A stretch of 64,000 nucleotides of DNA from contig NC_058383.1 of NCBI RefSeq assembly GCF_018350175.1, positions 22,384,001-22,448,000 of the forward strand. The letters are read 5' to 3'. Source of the DNA: Felis catus. Its lineage: Eukaryota. The notes beneath the pieces are model-generated. The model saw only the letters and a program-made list of their open reading frames with translations, did no database searches and had not been told where the DNA came from. Made by a program: the position numbers and the translations under genes. This document shows, one piece after another, positions 38,923 through 52,653 of the stretch (position 1 is the first letter of the stretch; every line of letters starts with the position of its first letter).

Positions 38923-39814
38923 GTTAATATACAAAAAACACTTAGAACAGTGCCCGGCACATAGCACATACTCAATAAACATCAACTCAAGCGAGCTGCA
39001 TTTGAAAGCCTTATTTGAAGATGTCCAGGAAATAGCTCCTCTCCCAGCTAAGAGAGCCCTCCCATAGGGATTACAGAAGAACATACATATTCACCAAAGC
39101 AGGAACAGGTCTACCCCTGATTTCATTTTTTCCCTTGCACTTGACTTTTTGTCCCATCTGGGGCAGCCTGACACCCACTGGGGGCCTCGGGCACCAAATC
39201 AGAGAAGGTCTGAAGGGGAAAACAATGAGACCAGCTGTCATTTGGGCCCCCTCCTATCGGGAACCCCAGAGAATATAAACACATACTGACCTCAGCCCTT
39301 GGAAATCCCAGCTGGAGGCGACCACGGGGATACGGGGATACGAGGCACCTCCTCGCGAGCATGCCGTTCCCACGTCTCCCGGAAGCTCTGTGCAGACCTT
39401 ACCCAGCTCCTCCTCTGTGCTGATTCTGTTCGCAGAACACTTCTCTCTCAACCCACAGTATCCCCCAGGATAATCAGTTCCTTCTCTCTGCAGGAGCAGG
39501 ACGGCTCTATGCTAGCACTAGAGACAGTACTCAGGTCAGGACAAGTAGTTCCACCGAACCCAACAATTCCACTTTCAAAACCTCTTATCCTATACTTAGA
39601 ATTCTATTCGGAAAAAGACTTCTCATCAGTGATATCTGAAAGCTCAAAGATACCGATCAAAATAATCTTGGGATATTGTGACGGAGTGAAAATACAACCT
39701 CTAATTATAAAGAATTCAAAATAATGCATTTATATCCTCTCTAGAAAGAAATAAAGCCTCCACAGTCCGTGGGCCAATTTCACGAGCCTCCAGGGCCTCT
39801 GCTCTATACTGTTC

Positions 39815-40040
39815 ACAGTGATTTCCAAACTGCACTGACCATTACCCATAGTGAGAAACACTTCACATTTGACCCAGTTCACACGTGCCTACGTACGTGC
39901 GCGTGAAATAAAAGTTTTATGCGGCAATACTTACGCTTCCTATTATCCATTCTGACAGTTTTCTATTTGTTCATGGTGTTCATGACCTACTAAATTGATT
40001 TTGTGACCCTTCATGAGTGACGATCCAGTTAAAAAATACA
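39815..40040. mobile_element. hAT-Charlie-like MITE
   Basis: CAGTGATTTCCAAACTG start and CCAGTTAAAAAATAC end, both Charlie-like. Confidence 0.45.
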
Positions 40041-40595
40041 TTTAGAGGAATTCAAGAAAACTCATCCCTGAGTGGAGCTGCAATGAGGTGTAAGGGTCGA
40101 GGGCAACAAGGCACTGAAGTCACAGAGTCCAGGCTTAGAAAACAGGTTGGCAAGACAGGGTATAGGGGAAGTCAGGTCAGCTATGTGAACACCAGATCTC
40201 CTTCCTAGGAGCTGGGTGGCCATGGGCAAGCCAATCTCATGCCCTAGGCTTACTCGGATTAAGACTCTTTGTAAATAATATTCTGGTGCTGACAAGATAC
40301 GGTCTCTGAACCCAGACAGCAAATAAATCAGTTCTGTGAAAGGGCCAGTGAAACCCCACAGGCTTACTAATGATCAAGAAGTCACAGTTTGGAGCTAACC
40401 TCTAAAAGACACCTGGAAGCATGGATTGGATTCCTCCTCACCTCTCTAGGGACAAGGTACTCCTTCCCCCTGCAGCTGGGGGTGTTGAAGCCTAAGGCTC
40501 ACAGGTGCATCCTCCCTCCCCATGGTCATGCCACCTTCCCAAGAGCAGCCTTCAACCAATGTCTCCTTGGTGCGGGTCCCCATCATCCCACCTCT

Positions 40596-40801
40596 TTCTT
40601 TTCTAAGTGTATTTATTTATTTTGAGAGAGAGAGAGAGAGAGAGCAGGGGAGGGACAGAGAGGGAGAGAGAGAATCCCAAGCAGGCTCCACGCTGTCAGC
40701 ACAGAGCCCAATGCGGGGCTTGAACCCACAAACCATGTGATCATGACCTGAGCCGAAATCAAGAGTCAGGAGCTTAACCGACTGAGCCACCCAGGCGCCC
40801 C
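40596..40801 (-). mobile_element. Can-SINE
   Basis: Full structure. Confidence 0.9.
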
Positions 40802-41659
40802 CAGCCCCCGCCACCATCGTCCCACTTCTGAAGGGCCATCCCAGCTCCAGCCATGGATTGGCTTTGGTCTCTATTACAATTACTGCACCAGGGTGCAGCC
40901 AGCCTCTTTCCCTGCTTCCCTCAAACCCTCATGCGTGTCGTGCCCCAGACCTGATTCTCCAATAAGCCACCTGTGTGCAGATCTTCATCTTTTAAGACGA
41001 AGCAGCAATGATATTGGCCAAAGTCACAGGAGGAAAACTAAGTGAGAATGCTGACCTCAGGACATTTTTCCGAGGGTATTTTTGAGACCTTTTTTTTTTT
41101 GTTTCCAGAGCTAACATTTAACGAGCAATCACATGTCTTTGCATACCATGTCTCGTTCGATCTACATGGTGCCCTGGGAGGTAGGCTCAGGATCCTCACC
41201 TTCATCCCACAGACGAGACACCAAAGATTAAAGAGGCTAAGAAAGGACTCCGCACGTGCTCGGCAGAGGAGCTGATGTCTGACCCCGTGCCCTTGACCTC
41301 ATCCTATCCCACCACAGCTCTATAATCACACTCGCCACACTGGATCACACAGATTCACTCTCATGTCTGTCTCTTTGAGGATCTCCCCCCCGCTCCCCCC
41401 ACAAGGGCCAGGACCTCATGTTCCAAATCTCAAGCTCTTGGTGCAGCACCAAGCACAAGGCAGGACCCAGATGGTTGGGAGTAATGGTGGCAGTATTCAG
41501 TGGCGATGGTGTTAGAATTCAGCGTGTCCTGTGTGCCAAGCCCCGCGCTGTGCCTGTTACACAACAACGTATCATTTGGCCCCGCCTCTTCCCTACGAGG
41601 TTCTTTAGGACCCGCCACAGAAGCCAGTACACTTCAGCAGACGCACTCTGTAGGAGGGC

Positions 41660-42180
41660 ATGTTTTCTAGAGCTAAGCAGTCATGCGGGCCTGAAATTGG
41701 TCTGGTAGGTTCCCCAAAATGCCAGCCATACTTTGCAGCTTCTCCCAGCAAGAGGAAGAGCCCATTTCCTCCTTTATTTTCTCCTTTAATTCTGGGATGG
41801 GCTTGTGGCCAGCTTTCACTGACCAAATATGTCACAAGTGACACTGTGCAACTCCAAGCCGAGGCTTCAAGAGGCCTTCCAGCCACTGCTTTGCGCACCG
41901 GGAACACGCTCACCTCTGTGAGACGAAGCACAGGCTAGCCTGATGGAAGACGAGAGACCACCTGGAGAAAGGCCCCGGCGTCCCAGGCCCATCAGCTGGG
42001 GCCCCAGACGTGTGAGCCCAGCCAGCAACCGCCAACCCCTGTCCAGACCAGAAGGGTCACACAGCTGAGCCCAGCCCAAATCACTGACCCACAGAAAGAA
42101 GAGCTAAATAAAACGGTAGTTATTTTAAGCCACTAAAGTTTGAGGTGATTTGTAACACACAACAGGTAATTGGTCTATTA
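41660..42180 (+). mobile_element. MLT1-type MaLR LTR
   Basis: Ends TTTTAAGCCACTAAAGTTTGAGGTGATTTGTAACAC. Confidence 0.75.
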
Positions 42181-42719
42181 GATGTCCAGACAGCCAAAAG
42201 CAGAACCACCAAAGGATTCGTCTACAGGAATGGTGACAAATAAGCAAAAGAAAAGAACACAGAAGTGTTTACGACGTCCACCGGCAACCAGGAGAGCCAA
42301 GAATTCTGACCGGCTGGCAAACTACCACTTGTGACCAGCACCAGACTGTTCTAATACCTAAAAACAAGAAGCGTGCTTCTTCATTTCATACTTTGCAGCA
42401 AAACAGACCAGGCTCTCCCCCAAACATACCCTCATATGTTTGATAAGATGAAGAGGTCTAGAGTTGCACATCTGTTTTTGCTGAAGTCAAGTGAGAGATC
42501 AAATCGGATACATCATCCCAAAGGAAAAGGAAATCACGGCTGTGGGGACCGGGGCAGGGCTTGCTGTGTTCACCTACATGTTTTCCCAGCAGACAGAGCT
42601 GGCTGACATGTGCCAGTGCCCCTCGCAGTCGACACAGCCCTCCCTGTGCCAGCAGAAGGTGAGCAGAAGTGACATATGTCCCTTCCAGGCTGGAGCAGTT
42701 AGGAAATGAGTGTGCTTTT

Positions 42720-42946
42720 GGGGCACCTCAGTTAGTTGAGCCTCCGACCTCGGCTCAGGCGGTGATCTCACAGTTCGTGAGTTCAAGCCCTGCATCCAGC
42801 TTTGCACTGATGGTGTGGAGCCTGCTTGGGATTCTGTCTCTCCTTCTCTCTGACCCTACCCCACTTATGCTCTCTCTCACTCTCTCTCAAAATAAATAAA
42901 TAAACTTAAAAAAATAAAATAAACATTAAAAAAATTATTTAAAAAA
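42720..42946 (+). mobile_element. Can-SINE
   Basis: TSD GAAATGAGTGTGCTTTT. Confidence 0.92.
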
Positions 42947-43174
42947 GAAATGAGTGTGCTTTCTCATGTTTTCTCCCCATCCATTGGGCTAACGGAGAGA
43001 AAGCTGGAACCCTCAATGACTGCGTGGAAAAATGCCTGACCAGGATCACCCACAATGGTCTGGGCCATGAGAGAGAAAGAAATCTCTTTCTGTTAAGCTG
43101 CAGAGACTTTAAGGCTTATCTGTTACAGCAGCTTTAACAGATTCTTACTAGTACCTTAACTAGCATAGATGTTT

Positions 43175-43402
43175 TGTTTTTTTCTCTTAATATACTTTCA
43201 ATGTTTTTATTTATTTTTCAGAGAGAAAGACAGAGCGTGAATGGGGGAGGGGCAGAGAGAGGGGGAAACGAAGAATCCGAAGCAGGCTCCAGGCTCCGAG
43301 CTGTCAGCACAGAGCCCGACCTGGGGCTCCAAGTCGCAAACCGTGAGATCATGACCTGAGCCAAAGTCAGACGCTTAACCAACTGAGCCACCCAGGTCCC
43401 CC
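43175..43402 (-). mobile_element. Can-SINE
   Basis: Full structure. Confidence 0.9.
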
Positions 43403-43728
43403 ATTACAGACGTTTTTAAATGCAAGCCCTAAAAACAGTTTGAGCTCCAAGTTTTCCGTGTATTAGCAGAACTAAATTTTTTGATGGGAAAATTGTCAGA
43501 ATGCCCTGGCTTCCTGGTTCTACAGTTTGCACCCGATGGGCAACATTGAAATAAGAAGCAGATGTCCCCCCAAGAAGGCAAACGGTACCAGCCCTCAGTG
43601 ACTGACTCCAGAAGGTGCTCGTCTCCCATACAGATGTCACTTCTGTGTGTACAACTAAAAAAGTCCCAGCTGATATTTTTGAGGTTCAGCCTCAGTGATT
43701 TACACTTGCTTTTTAAATGTTCTATTAA

Positions 43729-43945
43729 GGGGCCCCTGGGTGGCCCAGTCGGTTAAGCATCCAACTTCGGCTCAGGGCATGACCTCCGTGAGTTCGAGCC
43801 CCGCGTCAGGCTCTGTGCTGACAGCTCAGAGCCTGGACCTGCTTCAGATTCTGTGTCTCCCTCTCTCTCTGCTCCCCACCCCTACTCGCACTCTGTCCGT
43901 CTCTCTCTCAAAGATAAATAAACATTAAAAAAATAATAACAAAAT
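43729..43945 (+). mobile_element. Can-SINE
   Basis: TSD TAAATGTTCTATTAA. Confidence 0.92.
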
Positions 43946-43954
43946 AAATGTTCT

Positions 43955-44320
43955 ATTAAAGTATAATAACAGAAAAGTGCTTACAAGTATACAGCTCAGT
44001 GAAATGTCATGATCTGAACACATCAGTGTAACCAGCACTCAGATCAAGAAACAGAACACTGGTGGCATCCCAGAAGCCTCTCTCAGGGATTACCCCCTGG
44101 TAATGGCTGTCCTCCCTTCTGACCCCTCTAGTTACTTTCACCGGCTCCTGAACATCAAGTAAATGGGATCATACAGAAGGTACGGTGCCTGGCTTTTGCA
44201 GCTGTCGTTACCCCTGGGAGAGTCATCTATGTTACACATAGCTGCAGTTTGTTCCCGTACGTTGCTGTAAGATATTCCACTGTGTGTCCACTATTCTGCT
44301 ATTAGACAACTGAGGTGGCT
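43955..44320 (-). mobile_element. L1MB/MC 3' end
   Basis: AAGTATACAGCTCAGTG...GTAACCAGCACTCAGATCAAGAAACAGAACA...GTAAATGGGATCATACAG. Confidence 0.75.
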
Positions 44321-44684
44321 TCTAGCATATGTTATATCGGAAGACATTCTTTTCACTCCAGTCCACCAGGGCCCATGATGAACAAAGGCAGGGACTTCAG
44401 GAGAGGAACTGTTCATCTTCACAGAGAAACACAGGCAAAGCATGAGACTGTGTCCCCAAGTTAGCAGCATTCACATATTTTTGAAAATCATTTCCCAACA
44501 GGCTCTATGAAGGGCAATTTGCTGGGGGTGGGGGGAATGGGAGGGGGAGAGTTCAAACAAAAGTGATCAAAGCCTGTAAACTAGAAAGTGATATAGTTCT
44601 CATAAAAATCACAGATCAAGCCATAGAAAACTAGCACCAAAACCCAAATCACAGGACTCCCTCTTACAGTCATTTCTCCCCTAT

Positions 44685-45200
44685 ACCATCCGTTCAGTCA
44701 ACAGGTATTTACTGAGCACATCCTATGAGCCAGGTTTGGAGCTGGGTACTTGAGAAAGAACAGGAAGTGAGACAGATGTGGCCCCTACTCTCACAAAACT
44801 GACACTCTGGTGGCAAAGACTAAACACTCAAACTAACATACAATTAGAAAATGTAAAGCTGACAAGGAGTTATGGGATTGTACGAGGGGGGACCCGGTTT
44901 GGAAAAGCAGGGAAGGCCTCTCTGAAGAAGTGACACTGAGCTAAGTACTGAAGGAGGAGTAGGAGGCAAGCTGGGGGAGAGGAGAGGAAAGAGCAGTTGA
45001 AGCTGAAAACAGAGCATGTGCAAATGCCCTGGGGTAGGTAGGAGCATATCATGGTTGAAGAAGACAAGTTGGGTCTTCGGCTAGAAAGTGAAAAGTGGGT
45101 AAAAGGGAGGTACAAGTGAGGTTCATGAGGACCCAGGACAGACAAGGACTTGTAACTCATATGAAAGACTCTGGACTTAATCCTGGGAAGAACAGAAATG
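44685..45200 (-). mobile_element. L2 LINE 3' fragment
   Basis: CAACAGGTATTTACTGAGCAC...GGGAAGGCCTCTCTGAAGAAGTGACA...GCATGTGCAAATGCCCTG. Confidence 0.75.
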
Positions 45201-45224
45201 CCAGCCATCAAAAGAGGTGTATCT

Positions 45225-45401
45225 GGGGCGCCTGCGTGGCTCAGTCAGTTAAGCGTCCAACTCTTGATTTTGGCTCAGTTCATCATCTCATGGTTCATGG
45301 GATCAAGCCTCAGGTTGAGCTCTGTGCTAACAGTGCAAAGCCTGCTTGGGGTTCTCTCTCTCTCTTTCTCTCTACCCCTTTCATGCTCATGCTCAGAAGC
45401 A

Positions 45402-45442
<41 letters not shown>

Positions 45443-45495
45443 TCTTTCCCTCAAAAATAAGCTTTTAAAAAAAGAAGAAAAAAATTTTTTTAAAA
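45225..45495 (+). mobile_element. Can-SINE
   Basis: Full structure. Confidence 0.9.
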
Positions 45496-48400
45496 ACATG
45501 AGTATCTAACTGAAAATACAAAGAGGTCCCTCACCACTCTATATGCCAATCTTCCTTCCCTAGGTGCACTATTTGGCCCAGATAGAATTATCAATACTCC
45601 CAACCATACATTTTGCCATATACATAAAAACAACCCAGATAACTATTGAAATTCTCATTTGCAGCAACGCCAAAATTCTAAATAATGGCCCCCACTCTGG
45701 GGAGGGAAAGGAGATCTTCAAAATATGGTTAGCTCCTAAAAATCACCCAAGCGCACCATCACAAGACTAGAGGCACTCCTGCAGACTTCACCCTCCACCT
45801 TCACCCACATTATTTGGCAGCTTCTTCTTCAACCCAAAAGAGCACGTAAACATTCCATCTGGAGGATGAAGGGAACTCAAAATTTAAAAAGTGAAATGGT
45901 CAGAAATCTATTTAAAGTTGAAATGCCATCAACACGTTTTCAAAATGAAGACAGCAGATGGGACCATCACAGATCTCAATTCAGCTTCTGAGGTTTCCCA
46001 CAAATTAAAGATTCCAAAGCCAGGAAACTGTTGCACAGAAAACACTGTTGCTCACCCGTGTTCCTGTCACAGCTCTGACCCCAGCTAAGAGTTTCTCACT
46101 CAGAAACATTGTGAGTTGCACCTGCACCTAATACTATTGCCCACAGCGTGTAAACACGTTCATTCTTGCATCAAGTCCTTGACTCGGGTTCATTGCACTT
46201 GCCTCCCCAACGGGATTATAGAGTCAGTAAGGACAAGACGACACCCAGCCCCAGGAATAAATGCAAATAGCTGCCATTTATCAAGCGCTCAGTGCACATC
46301 AGGCGAGGCACTAAGGAATTACTGGACGTGTGCCCTCTAAACAAGATACTATTGTTTCCTTTTACCTCTAAAGCAACAGAAGCTCAAAGTGTTTAAGGAA
46401 ATATGTTCCTCGGCCCTGTACCAAGAAGCCAAGATTTGAGGCAATGCCTTTCAATTTCCAAAGCACAAACTCCTCACTACCCATGCAGCATGGGCTCCAT
46501 TAACACGTGTTGGATAAGTGACAGCAGCTGGGCGGGAGAAAGGCAGTGGGAGGATTCCTTTCAGAGGAAAAATCATTTCCACGGCCCTCTCTGCCTAAGG
46601 ATGCAGGGAAGAGAGATATCCCTATTGTTAGAACCGTAAAAATAACCCAGTAACCACCTCCCAAAATAGAACAATCAGCAATATGACTGACACGAAAATC
46701 CAAACGTCTCTCTATGACGTGAGACCCTCAGTGCTCCGGTGACACCCCCCACAGCCTCTAAATGGTCATTTCAGCTTCTCGTACCTGCCCTCCAAGCCCA
46801 CAAGCCTGGAATTTCGGGATCTGAGTCACAGCAATTACTGTTTCAAATGTGCTTCATGCTCCTCTTTTTCACACGTTTAGCCACTTCCCTCACCCTCTTT
46901 AGAACAATGACAACAAGCACCTCCTAGTCACTATCCTGCCTTCACAAGGTCCAAACCCTCCTATATGACGTTGATCTCCAAGCGCCGCCCCTCCCCGACC
47001 CAAGCACACCCTCCTTCCCATTCCCTGCGTGTGCTCTGTTCTCTCCTTTGTGTGTTCAACTTGAGTTGTCCTCTGCGTGAAACACCCTTCCCAGCCCCCA
47101 GCCTCCTGTCAATCTGGGAACTCCCACTCCTGCTGTAAGATTGTTCCCAAATGTTACCTCCTCTGTGGAATCTTCTCCACCCCTCCCAGGAGTAAGGATG
47201 TCATCCCACTTCTCATTTATGTGGCAGAACTAACTGGCCATGTGCTGTTCTCCCCACAAATGACCAGGAAGATCGTCAAGGGCACAAGGATAGATTCCTC
47301 TCCAAAGCCCATACTGCAACGGGACATTTTACAATACATTTCTTCTAAGTTATTTATTAGTTACTGTTCTTCTTCCACTAGAATGTAAATTCCATGAGGT
47401 CAGGGACTCTGTCTGGTTCACTGCTCCAGTTCCAGTGCCTAAAATAGTGCCTGAAACATGGTAGGCACTCAAATATTTGCTGAGTGAATGAATGCACAGA
47501 TGGACAGATGGCTAGATGGATGGTGGAATGGATGGATGGTTGGGTGAACTGATGGATGAATGGACAGCAGATGGAAAAATGGCTGGATAGATAGATGAAT
47601 GGATTAGTGAGTGGGTTGGTGGGTAGATGGATGGAGAGATAGATCGTTGGATCAAGCAGGATCATGCTTCACCAGCCCAGGGTCATAGAGTCATGGAGAC
47701 AGAGCAGGATTTGAAATCAGGCCTGATTTTTTGAGCCTGTACTCTCAATCCAATTTATACTGCCTATCTAGAAACCCAAAGTCTGGTCACTGGACAGCAG
47801 CAAGATAAAAGAAGAAAGAGTCTAAAATTCCCGCCCCCCACCTGGGAACATGGTTATTGTTGAGCTAAATTAATTTCCATCTACTTAGTAAATGCCAAGA
47901 CTCAACAGGAAGGCATCTGAACCCTCCTAGTCTGGGTCTCAGTTCCCCTTCTGACTCAGTAGGGCAATGCTCTGTGTGTGGGCTGAGGGAAAAGGAGACA
48001 TCCAGGAGACACAAACAAGCAAGACAGAGGACATAAAAAGTAACAGCAACAATACCAATAGTAATATTAAAAGATTGATACTCCTGAATAAAAGCCAACG
48101 TCTCTTCCAAACCTCGCTGGAGCCTACAAGTGTGATGTCTTTCAATTCTCGGCTACATTGAGTTTTCTTCCAACACCAACCATTTCTAGGAAAAACAATG
48201 ATGCTCCTTCTCTATTCACAGGAAGGAACAGCCAGTATAAAATTAGACCCAGAGGTAAAACAGGACGAGGCTTGACATTAGGCAAAAGTGGGTGTGGGGA
48301 GGATGGTTTAAGGGTAGAAACTAACATACCCCTATGTGCTCATAACTCCCTGTAGTTCTTTTATAACAAAAAATAAAAAGCATCTATTAAGTGCCCAAAT

Positions 48401-49226
48401 TTGTGTTAGAGAGGCACTAAAGACATGTTAGCACCAAACCGAGATCAGAAAAGATGGAGATCATTTTCTGCATGTGATCAATGAGGCTTACTGTGAAACT
48501 ACTTACTAATTACCTTCCAAATGAAAGCAAACACCGCCTAAGCCAACAAAATGAACAGCTGTAGAACATCGGACCTCGACCCAGGGTAAGGAAGGTATCT
48601 GGGAGTCAAGGCGAGTAACCCTGTGTCCCTCAAAACTGGCTTTCAGTTCACATGCCTCTCACTGAAATGCTTTACGCTCCCTTTTTACTTATTCTCAACC
48701 TGTCAGCTCAAACTTGTTCCTCCACCTCTGAAATGATCTGATTTTTTTTCTCCACCTCAAACTGCAACCCCTAAAACAAAAAGGAAGCCAGTTCATTATC
48801 TGAGTTATTAGCCAGGAGGTGATGAAGTTCTTTGTCGAACTGGGAGAGAAGCCATCTTCAGGTAGCTATCTGATTCTACTAAATATTCATCTTACTCGCG
48901 ACCATGGCACAGGTAAAGATTCAGGGCTTCTCTGCAGAATGTGACAGAGATAAGACCTTCTCTGTATCTTCACCCAGGATATGAGCAGCTTCACACAATA
49001 CAGATATTTGAGCTCTGGCTCCCTGGCAACTCAGACTTTCTCCAATTACTTCGAAGGATGGGAAGTTATTTGCCTTTTGTTTTTGGTTTTTCATTCTCAG
49101 ACCAAAGAATTCCCTGACTCCACCCCAACCGTGGCAGAGGGTAGCATCCCCCTTATAAATTCTCGTGCACCCTGTACACTTCCTACAAAGTGCTTAACAA
49201 AAGTAAGCTTAAATATGGTTACAATG

Positions 49227-49441
49227 GGGGGCGCCTGGGTGGCGCAGTCGGTTAAGCGTCCGACTTCAGCCAGGTCACGATCTCGCGGTCCGTGAGTTCG
49301 AGCCCCGCGTCAGGCTCTGGGCTGATGGCTCGGAGCCTGGAGCCTGTTTCCGATTCTGTGTCTCCCTCTCTCTCTGCCCCTCCCCCGTTCATGCTCTGTC
49401 TCTCTCTGTCCCAAAAATAAATAAACGTTGAAAAAAAAAAT
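49227..49441 (+). mobile_element. Young SINEC_Fc-like SINE
   Basis: Perfect 18-bp TSD TTAAATATGGTTACAATG; CpGs intact. Confidence 0.95.
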
Positions 49442-49477
49442 TTAAATATGGTTACAATGATTGGTAGAATATTGATC

Positions 49478-49670
49478 TTTTAATGTTTATTTATTTTTGA
49501 GAGAGAGCCCAAGTGGGGGAGGCACAGGGCGGGGCAGGGGGGACAGAGGATCCGAAGGGGGCCCTACACTGACAGCACAGAGCCCAACATGGGGCTTGAA
49601 CTCACAAACTGTGAGATGATGACCTGGGCTGAAGTTGGACGCTCAACCGACTGAGCAACCCAGGTGCCCC
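49478..49670 (-). mobile_element. Can-SINE (older)
   Basis: Degenerate TSD ATGATTnnnAGAATATT. Confidence 0.88.
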
Positions 49671-50734
49671 ATGATTCACAGAATATTTACACTGTAACCT
49701 GCATGGCATTAGGATCTACTTGAGCTCATTCACCATAGTATTCCTGCCATCTAAAATAATTCCTGACATATAGAACTTAATGAGTGAATATTTTTTGGAA
49801 GCATGAATGGATATATAGAATGATAAATGGATGGAGGGAGGGATGGAAATGGATGGATGCATAAATGCATGTAAATATACAAGGTTCCTACCAGATTTTC
49901 AAGCAGCCATCACACCTCCAAATGCCACATGTAAACACTGTGGATTTTGTACACCCTATAAAAAGCCCAACAATCTATCTATATAATATCACACAATTTT
50001 AATGGAGAAATAGGATGAGTCAAGCCAAAGGATCCATGAAATTAGATCAAATGCCAAAAATGATGAGACCAAGCTTTTGAATGCATCATCCAGAGATGGT
50101 GAAATATTCAGCTGATCCCTCTACCCACCCAAGAAGTAATTAGACTACAAAGTCAAAGGAGCAGAACACGGATTTTAAATTGTACTTAGTAGTAATTTAA
50201 CTACCTGTAGCTGAAAAGCATCAAAAGGAGATGCATATTCTCAAAACTGTGACATACTGATGTATTTACGTATGTTTTTTATATACACACATGTGTGTGC
50301 GTACTCACAGAGACAGAAAGCTAGGCAGAAAAAGACAGAGAAAGAAGAAAGAGAGACTCCAATAACAAGAATACATATAAATAACTGTCAAACCTTTGGT
50401 TCATCCTTTGACCAATTACTTTCTCTGTTATCTTTTTCTTTCTTGACCCAAAGACACCAAAAACATGCTGGACGTGGTTCTAGGCAGGACACCTGGAGTA
50501 TCACCCGTACTCAGAAACAACATATTTTTTTAATTACTTTCTAAGAACCTGCATATCATATCAGTTACATTTCCAAAGGTGGCATTTTCCATATTTACTT
50601 AGAAAGGCATTCTGTTGCCCAGTGACAAAGCTTTTTGAGTTTGCCCTGAGTGCCTGACAGCTCAAAATGAATTTACTGTTGCCTCTCCAACAAATCAGCC
50701 CTCCTTTTTAAGACCCAACATTAATTCACTTAAA

Positions 50735-51094
50735 TATTTTTTTAATGTTTGTTTATTTTGGAGGGAGAGAGCGCGAGCTCACATGACCAGGGGAGGAGCA
50801 GAGACAGGGAGACACAATCCAAAGCAGGCTCTGTGCTGACAGCAGAGAGCCCAATGTGGGGTTACCGGTTTTTAAATTTTTTGAATATTTAGTTATTTTT
50901 GAAAGAGAGAGAGCATGCACGTGAGCAGGGGAGGGACAGAGAGAGAGGAAGAGAGAAAGAATCCCAAGCAGGCTTCCTCACTATCAGGGCAGAGCCTGAG
51001 GTGGGTCTCAATCTCAGGAATCAAACCCTGAGATCATGACCTGAGCCAAAATCAAGAGTCAGACGTTTAACTCATTGAGCCACCCACGCACCCC
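50735..51094 (-). mobile_element. Two tandem Can-SINEs (5'-truncated 50735-50862; full 50868-51094)
   Basis: Two tail/(GA) segments and one head. Confidence 0.85.
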
Positions 51095-52272
51095 TCACCT
51101 GAAGATTTTTATTTCAAATGGGACTTTGGGCCTAAAATCCCACTTCAGGTGGAAAAAATAAAAAAGTCAAACCATTAAATACAAAGTCAAAGAGCTTCGG
51201 CCTTTTACCCACATTAAACCCTCAGGACACATTCAGAAAAAGCTAAGAGGTGAGCAGAATTTCACTCACAGTCCTCTGGGATCTGCTTCTGGAAGGGAAA
51301 TGGAATAATAGAAGGCTGCTTCAGTAGGTCACAGCCTGACTTACCGATTGTACAAAAAACAAACCAACAAACAAAAAAACAAAAAAAAAGCCCTCTTTAT
51401 GAGAAAGTCCTACCTGAAGTATAAGATATCACATTATAAGTTGCCAGGGAAAACTATGCCAAAAATAAAATTAACCTTTGATTCAGCTCTGATTGTTGTT
51501 TTTAAAAAGAGCACACTTTAATCTCTATGTGTTGACTACACACGAAAATAAACTTGTATCCCGTAGAGTTAAACGTGGATAAAAACGGCAATGTTTGAAT
51601 TCATGCAACACTTTGGGGTTCTTAAAGAATAACTTCTATTAAAAGGTTAAGAAAACCGCTCTCAGATCTACACAGGAAAGAGAAGAGCTGGCTTACTCAT
51701 TATAATCATCCCTGCTAGGTTTTCATAGTCAGAAAACTAGTGAGCTGGGGTTTTTCTAGAGAGTCCCTGACAAGTTGAGATCTTTCTCACGAGGAAAGGG
51801 TGAGAAAAGAGAATCTAAACAAGCCTGGCTGGCTGAGCAGTGCACTCACTGGTGCTGCCCAAAGTCTATGAAGAAACACATCTGAGAGGAAAACCTACCT
51901 AAATACACGAAAGTGGCCTAGTCATTCAATGACTTCCAGAATGAACTTCTCCCACTTTGACAGAGTTTCCTACCATGAATCAAGTAATAATGATCGTCTC
52001 ACTTAGAGTCATGGATACTTACTGTGGATATTTCTCTTATACCTTGGTGTATACCATAACTCTATGAGATAGGTACTATTAGCCCCATTTTACAGATGAG
52101 GAAACTGAGGCCACTACAGGTGGATGACTTGTCTAAGTTCACAAAGCAAGTAGGTGGCAGAGCAGAGATTGAAACTCAGTTCTACCTGACTCTAACCCCA
52201 TGCTATGAATTCTGAATCTCTAAATTGTATTGCTTGCCTGTTTATACTAAAGTATAAAAAAAAAACAGTTTT

Positions 52273-52451
52273 GGGGTTCCTGGGTGGTTCAGTAGGTTAA
52301 GCATCTGACTTCAGGTCAGGCCATGATCTCAGAGTTCATGAGTTTGAGCCCCACATCGGGCTCTGTGCTGACAGCTCAGGGCCTGGAGCCTGCTTCGGAT
52401 TCTGTGTCTCCCGCTCTCTCTGCCCCTCCCCCGCTTTCTTTCTCTCTCTCC

Positions 52452-52495
<44 letters not shown>

Positions 52496-52527
52496 AATAA
52501 ATAAACATTTAAAAAAAAATTTTTTTT
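52273..52527 (+). mobile_element. Can-SINE
   Basis: Full structure. Confidence 0.9.
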
Positions 52528-52653
52528 AATTAGTTTTTCTCTGCCAAACTGCAAAAGCTTCTTGGGGTAAGAGTCTAATTCTACCCAAAGTCTTGTTTTC
52601 ATTACAATTAACACACAAATGCAAGTTCTAAGGTCCTCTAAAGAATGCCAGAG

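Noticed and set aside
39403..39487. Possible 85-nt cryptic exon on the minus strand (CTGCAG...CTGG|GTAAGG)
   Set aside because: Weak pyrimidine tract; such pseudo-exons are common in long introns.
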